Positions 37,253 through 45,257 of a stretch of DNA of 64,000 nucleotides are shown here, piece by piece; position 1 is the stretch's first letter; the number at the start of each line of letters is the position of its first letter. Position numbers and translations under genes: made by a program. Where the stretch lies: contig JBEEJY010000006.1 of NCBI GenBank assembly GCA_041168925.1, positions 2,859 to 66,858 on the forward strand. The letters are read 5' to 3'. Under the pieces are notes generated by a model. That model had not been told where the DNA came from and searched no databases. It saw only the letters and a program-made list of their open reading frames with translations. The stretch comes from Candidatus Parcubacteria bacterium. Lineage in GTDB: Bacteria > Patescibacteriota > Minisyncoccia > Phycocordibacterales > UBA2100.

Positions 37253-37987
37253 TCAACTTTTTTTACTGACGACCGCGACTATCGCCTTGTGATCGGACAC
37301 TCCTTCAACGAGCTCGACGTCGTCGACAACGTAATCGGGAGTTGAAAAGATGCCGTCTACCATGCGCTGCAGATATCCGGCGCGATGCAGCTTCGGATCG
37401 AGACTCGAGGTGTAATGTTGCGGGATATTGTCTTTATACCGCGCAGCCAGTTCGTTCCATATCTCTCCTCCCCGCGGTGCGTTGAAATCTCCCGTCAGTA
37501 TGAGGCTGCTTTCTCTTTTAAGCGCGGCAAACAGGGCCGCGAGGTCAGTCCGCTGCTTTTCGGATACGGCGCCATCGGATGTCCACGTGAAGTGGGTCGT
37601 ACCGACCGTGAATACTTCACCACCTTTTTCTATCTCGCACAGCGCGACTACTAGATTCTTTGCATTGAAAGTCGCGGGGTCTTTCGGATCCATCGTCGGT
37701 ACATGTTCGGGAGTGCCGCCGTAGTAGAGAATCTCGGAGCGCTTGAATGGCTCACGTGAGAATATGCCAACACCCATCGGCTGTGGCGGCGTTTCAGTCG
37801 CGTGTCGCGTCATCGCGATATACATGCGTGAAGCGCATTCCAATGCGTTCGCGGCGCGCTCGAAATCGCGCTCGTAGAGCTCCTGCAGACAAACGACGTC
37901 AGAGGCAACTCTCTCCAAAAACCGCAGGGACGAATCGATATGCTTCGCGTGCTCAACGTTAAGCGAGACAAGCTTGAATCCGGCCAT
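37253..37987 (-). CDS. Endonuclease/exonuclease/phosphatase (EEP) family protein
   Basis: The N-terminal LVSLNVEH...VVCLQEL and C-terminal SDHKAIVAVV motifs are characteristic of the EEP fold. Confidence 0.7.
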   Translation of the reverse strand: MAGFKLVSLNVEHAKHIDSSLRFLERVASDVVCLQELYERDFERAANALECASRMYIAMTRHATETPPQPMGVGIFSREPFKRSEILYYGGTPEHVPTMDPKDPATFNAKNLVVALCEIEKGGEVFTVGTTHFTWTSDGAVSEKQRTDLAALFAALKRESSLILTGDFNAPRGGEIWNELAARYKDNIPQHYTSSLDPKLHRAGYLQRMVDGIFSTPDYVVDDVELVEGVSDHKAIVAVVSKKS

Positions 37988-37990
37988 GTC

Positions 37991-39640
37991 TCATTTTCTC
38001 TCCACGGCGGCCTTGATGAACGCGTTGAAAAGCGGGTGCGGCGAGAGCGGACGAGCCTTGAGTTCCGGGTGGAATTGAGTGCCAAGCATGAACGGATGCT
38101 CGCTTTTTGGCAATTCCGCGATCTCCATGAGACGCCCGTCGGGAGAACGACCCGAAAAAATGAGTCCGGCACGCTCCAGCTTCTCGATGTATTCAGGGTT
38201 CACCTCGAAACGATGCCGGTGACGCTCCGATATCGCGTTTGCTCCATACGCCTCCCCCGCGATCGTCCCTGCCGTAAGTTCGCACGGATACGCTCCGAGG
38301 CGCATGGTGCCGCCATACTGTTTCTTGGCCAATTTCTCCACCTGCTCGGGCAGGATCGCGATGACGGGATGCGGCGTATGCGGATCGATCTCGGTCGTGT
38401 GCGCGCCTTTCAATCCGGCGACGTTTCGCGCATATTCGACCGTCATGAGCTGCATGCCGTAGCAGAGCCCGAAGTAGGGGATCTTGTGTTCGCGCGCGAA
38501 CCGCACCGCCACGATCTTTCCTTCGATTCCCGTCTCGCCGAATCCTCCCGGCACGATGATTCCTTCGTATCCTTCAAGTTCTGCAATCGTCTCCGGCTTA
38601 TCTTGATATGATTTGGCATTCAGCCAGTGGATCTCGGGTTTGACGCCATGCAGATAGGCCGAGAATTTAATCGCCTCGATGACCGAGATGTACGCATCGG
38701 AAAGCACGAAATCTCCCGTGTCGAAATATTTGCCCACGATGCCGATCTTGACGGTACCATTGCCGTTATGCGCATGTTCGGCGAATTCTTTCCATTCCGA
38801 AAAATCCGGAGTTCGCTTCGGTTCTTTGTCGAGAAGTTCCATGAGAATGTCGGAGAGCTTGTCGCGCTCGAAATTGAGCGGAACGTCGTAGATCGAATCG
38901 ACATCGGGCGCCGAGATGATGCGGTCGGGCACGACATTGCAAGAGACGGCGAGCTTCTCCTTTCGCTTGTGATCGAGCTCGTGAGTCGAACGCGCGATGA
39001 TGATGTCGGGCTGCACGCCGTACGAATTTAGTTCGCGCACGGCGCTTTGCGTCGGCTTCGTCTTCATCTCGCCGACGGTGCCCGGCACCGGAAGGTACGA
39101 GACCATCACGAAGATGACGTCGCCCGGATTGAAAAGGTGCATCACGCGCGCCGCATCGAGGTAAAGGGCGTTTTGAAAATCTCCCACGGTCCCGCCTATC
39201 TCGATCACGGAGACATCCGACCCGCTTACAGAGGCCGCGTGTCGGAGGCGCTCGATCACTTCATCGCGAACATGTGGAATCGTTTCCACGCATTTGCCGC
39301 CGTATTCAAGATTCCGCTCTTTGCGGATGACGGACTGATAAACCATTCCGCTCGTCATGTAATCGTCTGCCCCCAAATCGCGTCCCAAGAAGCGCTCGTA
39401 GTTGCCCATATCCTGATCCGTTTCGAGTCCGGAGTCGAGTACGAAAACTTCGCCGTGCTCGATCGGATTCATGGTACCCGCGTCAACATTGAGATACGGG
39501 TCGATTTTGACGAGGTTGACCGAGAGCCCTCGCGCGGTGAGTAGTTTTCCGATCGACGCGGTCGCGATTCCTTTGCCGACGGCCGACATGACACCGCCAA
39601 CGACGAAGATATACTTGTGTTCACCCCGCGCACGCTTCAT
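37991..39640 (-). CDS. pyrG: CTP synthase
   Basis: N-terminus KYIFVVGGVMSAVGKGIATASIGKLL. The C-terminal glutamine amidotransferase domain carries GLCYGMQ (catalytic Cys). 549 aa. Confidence 0.95.
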   Translation of the reverse strand: MKRARGEHKYIFVVGGVMSAVGKGIATASIGKLLTARGLSVNLVKIDPYLNVDAGTMNPIEHGEVFVLDSGLETDQDMGNYERFLGRDLGADDYMTSGMVYQSVIRKERNLEYGGKCVETIPHVRDEVIERLRHAASVSGSDVSVIEIGGTVGDFQNALYLDAARVMHLFNPGDVIFVMVSYLPVPGTVGEMKTKPTQSAVRELNSYGVQPDIIIARSTHELDHKRKEKLAVSCNVVPDRIISAPDVDSIYDVPLNFERDKLSDILMELLDKEPKRTPDFSEWKEFAEHAHNGNGTVKIGIVGKYFDTGDFVLSDAYISVIEAIKFSAYLHGVKPEIHWLNAKSYQDKPETIAELEGYEGIIVPGGFGETGIEGKIVAVRFAREHKIPYFGLCYGMQLMTVEYARNVAGLKGAHTTEIDPHTPHPVIAILPEQVEKLAKKQYGGTMRLGAYPCELTAGTIAGEAYGANAISERHRHRFEVNPEYIEKLERAGLIFSGRSPDGRLMEIAELPKSEHPFMLGTQFHPELKARPLSPHPLFNAFIKAAVERK

Positions 39641-39652
39641 CCCCCTACAATA

Positions 39653-40591
39653 TCACGCGCGCAAGTATCGACGCACCGCCAAGAAGCTGGATAACGCGCC
39701 GAGCGCTATGCCCGCGCTCATCACGACGAAGGAAAGGTACGGAAATGCCGAGGCATAGTAGGAAAATACATTGAATGAGCCAAAAAATCGCTCGCTTCCT
39801 GGCCCGAGCCACGCAAGGAGCGGATAGAGTACGATAAGAACGATGATCGCCGAAATGACGCCGTATAGGACTCCGGCGATCACGAACGGGCCGCGTACGA
39901 ACCAATGCGATGCGCCGACCAGATTCATGACCCCGATTTCGTCTCGCGAGGTGTAGATCGCGAGACGGATCGTGTTGAATGCGATGAGTAGCGAGGCCAG
40001 CCCGAGAATGAGTGCGATCCCGCCGCCGAGACTCTTCGATGTTTGAATGATGTTGGTGAGTCGATCTATCGCGGTTTTGTTTTGATAGAAATTGACTTTG
40101 TCGATCGAAGCGCCGAGATCTCCGCCGCTTCCCTGCTCGGTCTCAAGATACTTCGCGATCGATTCATACTGGGACGTGTCTTTGGCTCTGATGCTGAGCG
40201 ACGCGCCGAGCGGATTGTCCCCAAGCTCTTGCAGTGCTTGCATCGTGAGCTGATCGTTTTTGTGGCGCTCTTCAAATGCGGCGAGTGCATCCGTTCGGGA
40301 GGTGTAGGAAACCGCAGCGACTTCCGGCAACGCTTCGAGCGCTCTTTTCACCTGCATGATCTGGCTCTCGCTCGCGCTCGTAATAAAATACACGCTGACG
40401 TCCACTTTATCGGTGAGCTGCTTCAACACCGAATTGAGCGCGGCGCCTGAAATGAGAAGCGCCGCGACGACGAAAAGCGTGATCGTCATGATGAGCACTG
40501 CCGCGAGCGAAACGAACCCATTGCGGATAAATCCGACAAGCCCATACCTCGCGACACGTTTGGTAGTTACCCACAATGACATAACTTTCAT
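39653..40591 (-). CDS. ftsX: Cell division ABC transporter permease FtsX
   Basis: 312 aa with an N-terminal cytoplasmic segment plus TM1, a large periplasmic loop, and three C-terminal TM helices. It lies immediately downstream of ftsE with a 2-nt gap. Confidence 0.85.
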   Translation of the reverse strand: MKVMSLWVTTKRVARYGLVGFIRNGFVSLAAVLIMTITLFVVAALLISGAALNSVLKQLTDKVDVSVYFITSASESQIMQVKRALEALPEVAAVSYTSRTDALAAFEERHKNDQLTMQALQELGDNPLGASLSIRAKDTSQYESIAKYLETEQGSGGDLGASIDKVNFYQNKTAIDRLTNIIQTSKSLGGGIALILGLASLLIAFNTIRLAIYTSRDEIGVMNLVGASHWFVRGPFVIAGVLYGVISAIIVLIVLYPLLAWLGPGSERFFGSFNVFSYYASAFPYLSFVVMSAGIALGALSSFLAVRRYLRA

Positions 40592-40592
40592 T

Positions 40593-41276
40593 TTACAATA
40601 CGTACTTACCCTGCCTGTCGTCGCGAACGACTCTGCCTTGATCCATCGTCACGACTCGCCTGCCCACGGAGTCGACGACCGACTTGTTGTGTGTCGTGAG
40701 GATGACGGTGGTACCCAGGTCGTTGATCTTCTTTAATATCTCGACGACATCATGCGTGTTGATGGGATCGAGATTGCCTGTCGGCTCATCCGCGATCAAG
40801 ACGTCGGGCTGATTGACTATCGCGCGCGCGATCGCGACGCGTTGCTGCTCTCCTCCCGAAAGTTCATGCGGGAAACTCCACGTTTTGTCGGCCAGGCCTA
40901 CAAGCTCGAGCACGTGCGGCACGTCTCCCTCGATGTCTTCGTCGCTCTTGCCGCCGACTTCGAGCGCGAAGGCTATGTTTTCATAGACGTTTTTCGTCGG
41001 CAGCAAGCGGAAGTCTTGAAAAATCGTGCCGATGTTGCGGCGTAGTTTCAGGAGCTCTTTGGGCGCGAGTTTGCCGATATCGCGCTCGCCGAAATAGACG
41101 GAGCCCTCGGTCGGCTGCACCTCGGCGAAGAGCATCTTGAGAAGCGTCGTCTTTCCCGCTCCCGAGTGCCCGACGATCGAAACAAACTCGCTCGGCTCGA
41201 TGCTGAGCGTTATATCGTACACGGCCGGCGGGCCGCCGATGACGTATGTTTTCGTGACCTTATCGAAATAGATCAT
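40593..41276 (-). CDS. ftsE: Cell division ATP-binding protein FtsE
   Basis: Walker A GHSGAGKTT, signature LSGGEQQR, Walker B VLIADEP. It is 227 aa and paired with ftsX. Confidence 0.9.
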   Translation of the reverse strand: MIYFDKVTKTYVIGGPPAVYDITLSIEPSEFVSIVGHSGAGKTTLLKMLFAEVQPTEGSVYFGERDIGKLAPKELLKLRRNIGTIFQDFRLLPTKNVYENIAFALEVGGKSDEDIEGDVPHVLELVGLADKTWSFPHELSGGEQQRVAIARAIVNQPDVLIADEPTGNLDPINTHDVVEILKKINDLGTTVILTTHNKSVVDSVGRRVVTMDQGRVVRDDRQGKYVL

Positions 41277-41293
41277 GGCACGTTATCGCGCCA

Positions 41294-42175
41294 TTATACC
41301 GTACTCTCCCGTCCGGCAATATCTTTCTCCGAGTCGATGAAAGATTGAATGTCTCCTTCGAGCACATGCTCGACGTCGCGGCGCTCGTGTTCGGTGCGGT
41401 GATCTTTGACGAGCTGGTACGGATGGAGCACGTATGAGCGTATCTGACTTCCCCACTCGATCTTCGTCGAGGCGCCGGCAGATAGCCCGCGTGACTGATT
41501 GATCTGTGCGGTTTCCTTGAGCTGAAATAATTTTCCGCGAATCATCTCGAGCGCTTTTTCTCTATTTTGCGCCTGGCTCCTCTCGCTTGTAACGTGCACG
41601 GTGATGCCCGATGGCTTGTGCGTCATCCGTACCGCAGTATCGCGTTTGTTGACGTTTTGCCCGCCCGGGCCGCCAGAACGGGCGACCGTGATCTCAAGCT
41701 CGCTTTCTGGAACGTGCGTGTCGTCGACATCGGGAAGCCTCGGCAGTACCTCGACGAGCGAGAAGCTCGTTTGTCGCTTGCCGGCCGCGTTGAAAGGCGA
41801 CATGCGCACCAGCCGGTGCACCCCCGCTTCTTTTTTCAAACTGCCGTACGCGTCACGTCCGACCACTTCAAACGAAACACTTCGGTATCCGCCCAGCGAA
41901 TTCGCGTTCGAAGAAAGCAGCACTGTTCGCCAGTCGCGCGAGGCGGCGTATTTCCCGTACATTTCAAAAAGCATTCGTGAAAAATCTTCGGCGTCGTCGC
42001 CGCCTGCGCCGGAAATTATCGAGACAATGGCGTCTCCTTTGTCGTATTGCCCTACACCTGCGATCTTTGCCTTCAGCTCTTGGTACTCTTTCACGGCGGT
42101 CTGTGCCTTCTCCTTATCATTCCAAAAATCCGCGGAACCCATAGCAGCTTCTATCTCCGCGATTCTAATTTCCAT
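41294..42175 (-). CDS. prfB: Peptide chain release factor 2 (N-terminally short form)
   Basis: Contains the GGQ motif ([20 protein letters not shown]) and the SPF tripeptide (RMSPFNAAG), which marks RF2 rather than RF1. The ORF-track start at 42190 lies 1 nt from the tRNA-Thr 3' end, so the ATG at 42175 (MEIRIAEIE) is preferred. No +1 frameshift site is visible. Confidence 0.8.
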   Translation of the reverse strand: MEIRIAEIEAAMGSADFWNDKEKAQTAVKEYQELKAKIAGVGQYDKGDAIVSIISGAGGDDAEDFSRMLFEMYGKYAASRDWRTVLLSSNANSLGGYRSVSFEVVGRDAYGSLKKEAGVHRLVRMSPFNAAGKRQTSFSLVEVLPRLPDVDDTHVPESELEITVARSGGPGGQNVNKRDTAVRMTHKPSGITVHVTSERSQAQNREKALEMIRGKLFQLKETAQINQSRGLSAGASTKIEWGSQIRSYVLHPYQLVKDHRTEHERRDVEHVLEGDIQSFIDSEKDIAGRESTV

Positions 42176-42191
42176 TTTTACTTTATCCATG

Positions 42192-42263
42192 AGCCGACCC
42201 GGGGAGTTGAACCCCGAACCTACGGTTTACGATACCGTTGCTCTACCATTGAGCTAGGTCGGC
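42192..42263 (-). tRNA. tRNA-Thr (anticodon CGU)
   Basis: Reverse complement GCCGACC-TA-GCTC-AATGGTA-GAGC-A-ACGGT-ATCGTAA-ACCGT-AGGTT-CGGGG-TTCAACT-CCCCG-GGTCGGC-T folds as a cloverleaf with anticodon CGT. CCA is not encoded. Confidence 0.8.
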
Positions 42264-42365
42264 AACAGTGCGAATATATCATATTTTTGGTTCTGTGAGA
42301 CGCATTCGTTTCAGCATTCGTTTCAATAATTCCCGGCGGCGAAACCCTGTTGGGTTTGATTCTTG

Positions 42366-42607
42366 AGCCGATGGCCGGAATTGAACCGGCGACCTACTCC
42401 TTCATTGCTACCTCCGTTTATGTATTATCGGAGGATTAGACTGTATATCCGACTCAACGAGTCGCTCTTGTCAGTCGTTCGGGCGCAAGCGCCACGGTCT
42501 GAACCTCGTACAGGCCTTTGACCGTTATTCGAGCGTGCAACAACAGATTGCTCTGTTGCGGGCAGTTGTCTACCATGGAGTTGCTCTACCAACTGAGCTA
42601 CATCGGC
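42366..42607 (-). tRNA. tRNA-Thr (anticodon GGU) interrupted by a 169-nt intron (42403..42571) in the anticodon loop between nt 36 and 37; candidate group I intron
   Basis: The 5' exon (42572..42607 reverse complement) is GCCGATG-TA-GCTC-AGTTGGTA-GAGC-A-ACTCC-ATGGT. The 3' exon (42366..42402 reverse complement) is AA-GGAGT-AGGTC-GCCGG-TTCAATT-CCGGC-CATCGGC-T. All four stems pair, and the variable loop AGGTC matches E. coli tRNA-Thr(GGU). The 5' exon ends in U and the insert ends in G, as group I splicing requires. The insert contains GGATATACAGTC, reminiscent of the P7 3' strand (GAUAUAGUC). Confidence 0.6.
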
Positions 42608-42609
42608 TT

Positions 42610-43260
42610 CTATGTACTTCCTTTGGCCACCCCTTCGATGGCATTGCAGAGAATATCACGAAGCTTCTTATTATTGAAATACACCGTGAGTATGCCGTAT
42701 CTGGTCTTCCGGCGGTAGTTGCCGATGCCGCGATGCGGCGTCACAACAATCGTGGGAAGAAATTGTTGGCGAGGAGCGCGAAGCAGGCGCATCCAATATC
42801 GTATGGCTTCAGTTTTGTTCATATCTCCGAAAATCTGAAGGCCGAAACGTAACTTCTTTGTTTGTATCCCATAACACTTCACCAAAAATTGTATGAATAT
42901 GCTAATAAGTTTCGGATCGCTATTCCCCAACCGAATCGAGCCTCTGTTCGCTTTAGTACCTTCACCCCAGTACAAGCCTATACCAATGCCGTACAAGATT
43001 GCTTCATTAATGGTTCGCGGAAAACTGACCTTGAAGGGGTCGCCGGCCGGATTCCACATTTCATATAAAGCATCGCTTATTGACCGTTTGGGAATCTTGA
43101 ACTTCGAGAGCCAGTAGTTCACCTGATGCTGCGAACATTTGAGTTGCTTCGCAATAGTTGATACCGACAATTTCTTTTCTTGATATAGCTTTAACAGCGT
43201 CCCCCTCCCAATCATTAGAGTAATATACCACGCTGTACCTAATCTACTGGATACTCCCAT
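42610..43260 (-). CDS. Low-GC ORF encoding an N-terminal helix-turn-helix plus a LAGLIDADG-like single-motif domain; candidate free-standing homing endonuclease
   Basis: The 216-aa ORF ends 2 nt upstream of the intron-containing tRNA-Thr 5' end. LSVSTIAKQLKCSQHQVNYWLSKFKI is HTH-like. EAILYGIGIGLYWGEGTKANRGSIRLGNSDPKLISIFIQFLVKCYGI resembles the LAGLIDADG helix plus the following beta strand (L.G..DGDGS.........I..). The segment is about 45% GC against about 60% for its flanks. Confidence 0.4.
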   Translation of the reverse strand: MGVSSRLGTAWYITLMIGRGTLLKLYQEKKLSVSTIAKQLKCSQHQVNYWLSKFKIPKRSISDALYEMWNPAGDPFKVSFPRTINEAILYGIGIGLYWGEGTKANRGSIRLGNSDPKLISIFIQFLVKCYGIQTKKLRFGLQIFGDMNKTEAIRYWMRLLRAPRQQFLPTIVVTPHRGIGNYRRKTRYGILTVYFNNKKLRDILCNAIEGVAKGST

Positions 43261-43922
43261 AATTCCTCGATAACCGGCGCAACCGCTTCATCGGTGATGT
43301 CTTCGGGCTTTATGGACGCATGCGCAAATATTTGCCGCTCCAGCTCATGACCGAGTTCCACGAGCGTTTCATAATCGTCCGGCGCAGCAATGACTCCACT
43401 CGCGAACGACACACCGACCTTACCATTGTTTTCCATACGAGCGAGGTATCTTTTCCGACCATCTTCCCAGCGCTCCCGCATCGAGCGCACGCCGTATGGT
43501 GTCACACGGGAGTCCGCATATTCGAGGATCTTTAGTTCGTAGGATCGACTTTCGACTATCCGCTGCATCTTTGCAAATCCGGTATCGCCAATGTATGCGA
43601 CAACTTGCTGCGGTAGCCCAATCTCTGCCGCGATCTTCATGCTCGCATGATGTTGCTCCTTGCCGTATTTTTTTTTGAAATCCATCTTCACGTGCTCCCA
43701 ATATTCACGCCCTTCTGGTTCAAGTGCCTCCGGGAATTTCGACAGGTCGAATTTCAAGATGTTGCCCATGTCGTGGAAAAGACATGCGAGCACTATTTCA
43801 TCGATATCAACGCTTCGCATGCTCTCGGCAATGATCTTTCCCACCGCAGCCACTCGCAGCTGATGTAGCCGCAGATTCGGCATGATGTCGTACGCTTCGT
43901 ATATCTCGCGCGCGGTGCGCAT
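43239..43922 (-). CDS. HD-domain phosphohydrolase
   Basis: The H...HD motif (LRLHQLRVAAVG...ACLFHDMGN) and later His/Asp residues fit this family. 227 aa. Confidence 0.75.
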   Translation of the reverse strand: MRTAREIYEAYDIMPNLRLHQLRVAAVGKIIAESMRSVDIDEIVLACLFHDMGNILKFDLSKFPEALEPEGREYWEHVKMDFKKKYGKEQHHASMKIAAEIGLPQQVVAYIGDTGFAKMQRIVESRSYELKILEYADSRVTPYGVRSMRERWEDGRKRYLARMENNGKVGVSFASGVIAAPDDYETLVELGHELERQIFAHASIKPEDITDEAVAPVIEELWEYPVD

Positions 43923-43948
43923 GCGGCGATTTTAGCACGCAATGCTTC

Positions 43949-44464
43949 TTAGTGATCTCCGGCCTCGAGAGAGAAAAAATGTCGCATTCCGACTCCGGCG
44001 CTATGGTATACGCGCCGAAGTTCCTCGCTCGGGTGCGGAGCCTTCAATACTGCGCTGTCGCACCGTACAAAACCATTCAAAAGATGTTCTTGGGCCGAGG
44101 CGAGCAGCGTTTCGATGACTCGTTCTTGGTGATGCGCGTCGCGAAGCCATATATCGTCAATGATTCCGACTCCATTTCCACGATTCAACGTGAGTACGCC
44201 GACAATCTTCTCCCCGTCGCGAGCGACGATGACTGCGCCGTGACTGCTTTGTTTAAGGTGCTGCGAGCGCAACCTTTCGCTCTTCATCGACTCCCGACGC
44301 TCGGCAATGTTTCTTTTCTTGGACGTATCGAGTGCGCTGAAATCCAACTCTACGAGCAGGTCTTCTCCGAGTTGAGAGAGTCCCTCGGCGTCAATAAGCT
44401 CGGCATGAACGCCTTCTCGCTGCTTTGGCTTCTCGGGTATCGCTCCTTCGCGCGACATGTCCAT
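43949..44464 (-). CDS. Putative GNAT-fold acetyltransferase (weak)
   Basis: The segment HGAVIVARDGEKIVGVLTLNRGNGVGIIDDIWLRDAHHQERVIETLL resembles GNAT motifs C, D and A by eye only. Confidence 0.3.
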   Translation of the reverse strand: MDMSREGAIPEKPKQREGVHAELIDAEGLSQLGEDLLVELDFSALDTSKKRNIAERRESMKSERLRSQHLKQSSHGAVIVARDGEKIVGVLTLNRGNGVGIIDDIWLRDAHHQERVIETLLASAQEHLLNGFVRCDSAVLKAPHPSEELRRVYHSAGVGMRHFFSLEAGDH

Positions 44465-44641
44465 ACGTTTACTATATCACCCGACGCCGAGCGCGTGCAT
44501 AATGCTGCGAAAAAGTACGAGAAAAAACGAGAGAATCGTTACGATCAACTCGATAAAAAGGGAGAACGCCTTCCATGCGATCGACAGAAGCGTGTTCACT
44601 AGCGCCGTAAAAGAATCCACCGCTTCATGCTAACACAAGTG

Positions 44642-44715
44642 CGCGAGTGACGGGACTCGAACCCGCAACCTCGTCCGTGACAGGGACGCGCTCTAACCAA
44701 TTGAGCTACACCCGC
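44642..44715 (-). tRNA. tRNA-Asp (anticodon GUC)
   Basis: Reverse complement GCGGGTG-TA-GCTC-AATTGGTTA-GAGC-G-CGTCC-CTGTCAC-GGACG-AGGTT-GCGGG-TTCGAGT-CCCGT-CACTCGC-G folds as a cloverleaf. CCA is not encoded. Confidence 0.8.
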
Positions 44716-44823
44716 AAGTGAGGAATAAAGAACGCGTCAGCATGTTCTTTTTCCGAGTGCCGCGGATGTATGAGTACGCGATTACATCCGCAACAGCACC
44801 ACAATACTTGAAATTCCCATCAC

Positions 44824-44897
44824 TTTCAATCCATGCCGGGAGACAGATTCGAACTGTCGACCTAGCGCTTATGAAACGCTCGCTCTAACCGACTGAG
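44824..44897 (-). tRNA. tRNA-Met (anticodon CAU); elongator Met or lysidine-modified Ile2 cannot be distinguished
   Basis: Reverse complement GCCGGGA-TA-GCTC-AGTCGGTTA-GAGC-G-AGCGT-TTCATAA-GCGCT-AGGTC-GACAG-TTCGAAT-CTGTC-TCCCGGC-A folds as a cloverleaf. It has a paired G1-C72 and no run of three G-C pairs in the anticodon stem, so it is not an initiator. Confidence 0.75.
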
Positions 44898-45178
44898 CTA
44901 TCCCGGCCTCACGGGAAATATAGTTGATTTGGGTAAAAACTGCCAGTACACTTTCACTATGTGGGGGATTATGCTGCAGATCAATTCGGCCTGTTTCATC
45001 ATAACGAGCGTCTACCTCGTCTATTCGTTTGGCACTGCGATCATGATGTGGGCGTGGAAGCCGTTTGGCGTAGCGCTCGTGCTCTTTATTTTCTTTGCAC
45101 TTGCCGAAATCGCGCTCGCCGCGATCGCGGAGCCGTGAATTTCATTGCGCCGCTTCTGCGCGTGTAGTACAGTACGAA

Positions 45179-45249
45179 TAGCGGGGTGGAGCAGTAGTAG
45201 CTCGCAAGGCTCATAACCTTGAGGTCGCGGGTGCAAGTCCCGCCCCCGC
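45179..45249 (+). tRNA. Initiator-type tRNA-fMet (anticodon CAU)
   Basis: AGCGGGG-TG-GAGC-AGTAGTA-GCTC-G-CAAGG-CTCATAA-CCTTG-AGGTC-GCGGG-TGCAAGT-CCCGC-CCCCGCA-A matches the E. coli tRNA-fMet framework (CGCGGGGTGGAGCAG...CTCATAA...CCCCCGCAACCA). Positions 1 and 72 are mismatched (A:A). Two of the three initiator G-C pairs at the base of the anticodon stem are retained. CCA is not encoded. Confidence 0.7.
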
Positions 45250-45257
45250 AACAACAA

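Noticed and set aside
43952-44602. 216-aa plus-strand ORF opposite the GNAT-like gene.
   Set aside because: The opposite strand has the more protein-like composition and a plausible GNAT-like block. The plus frame is low-complexity. Neither is strongly supported, so the minus frame was kept at low confidence.
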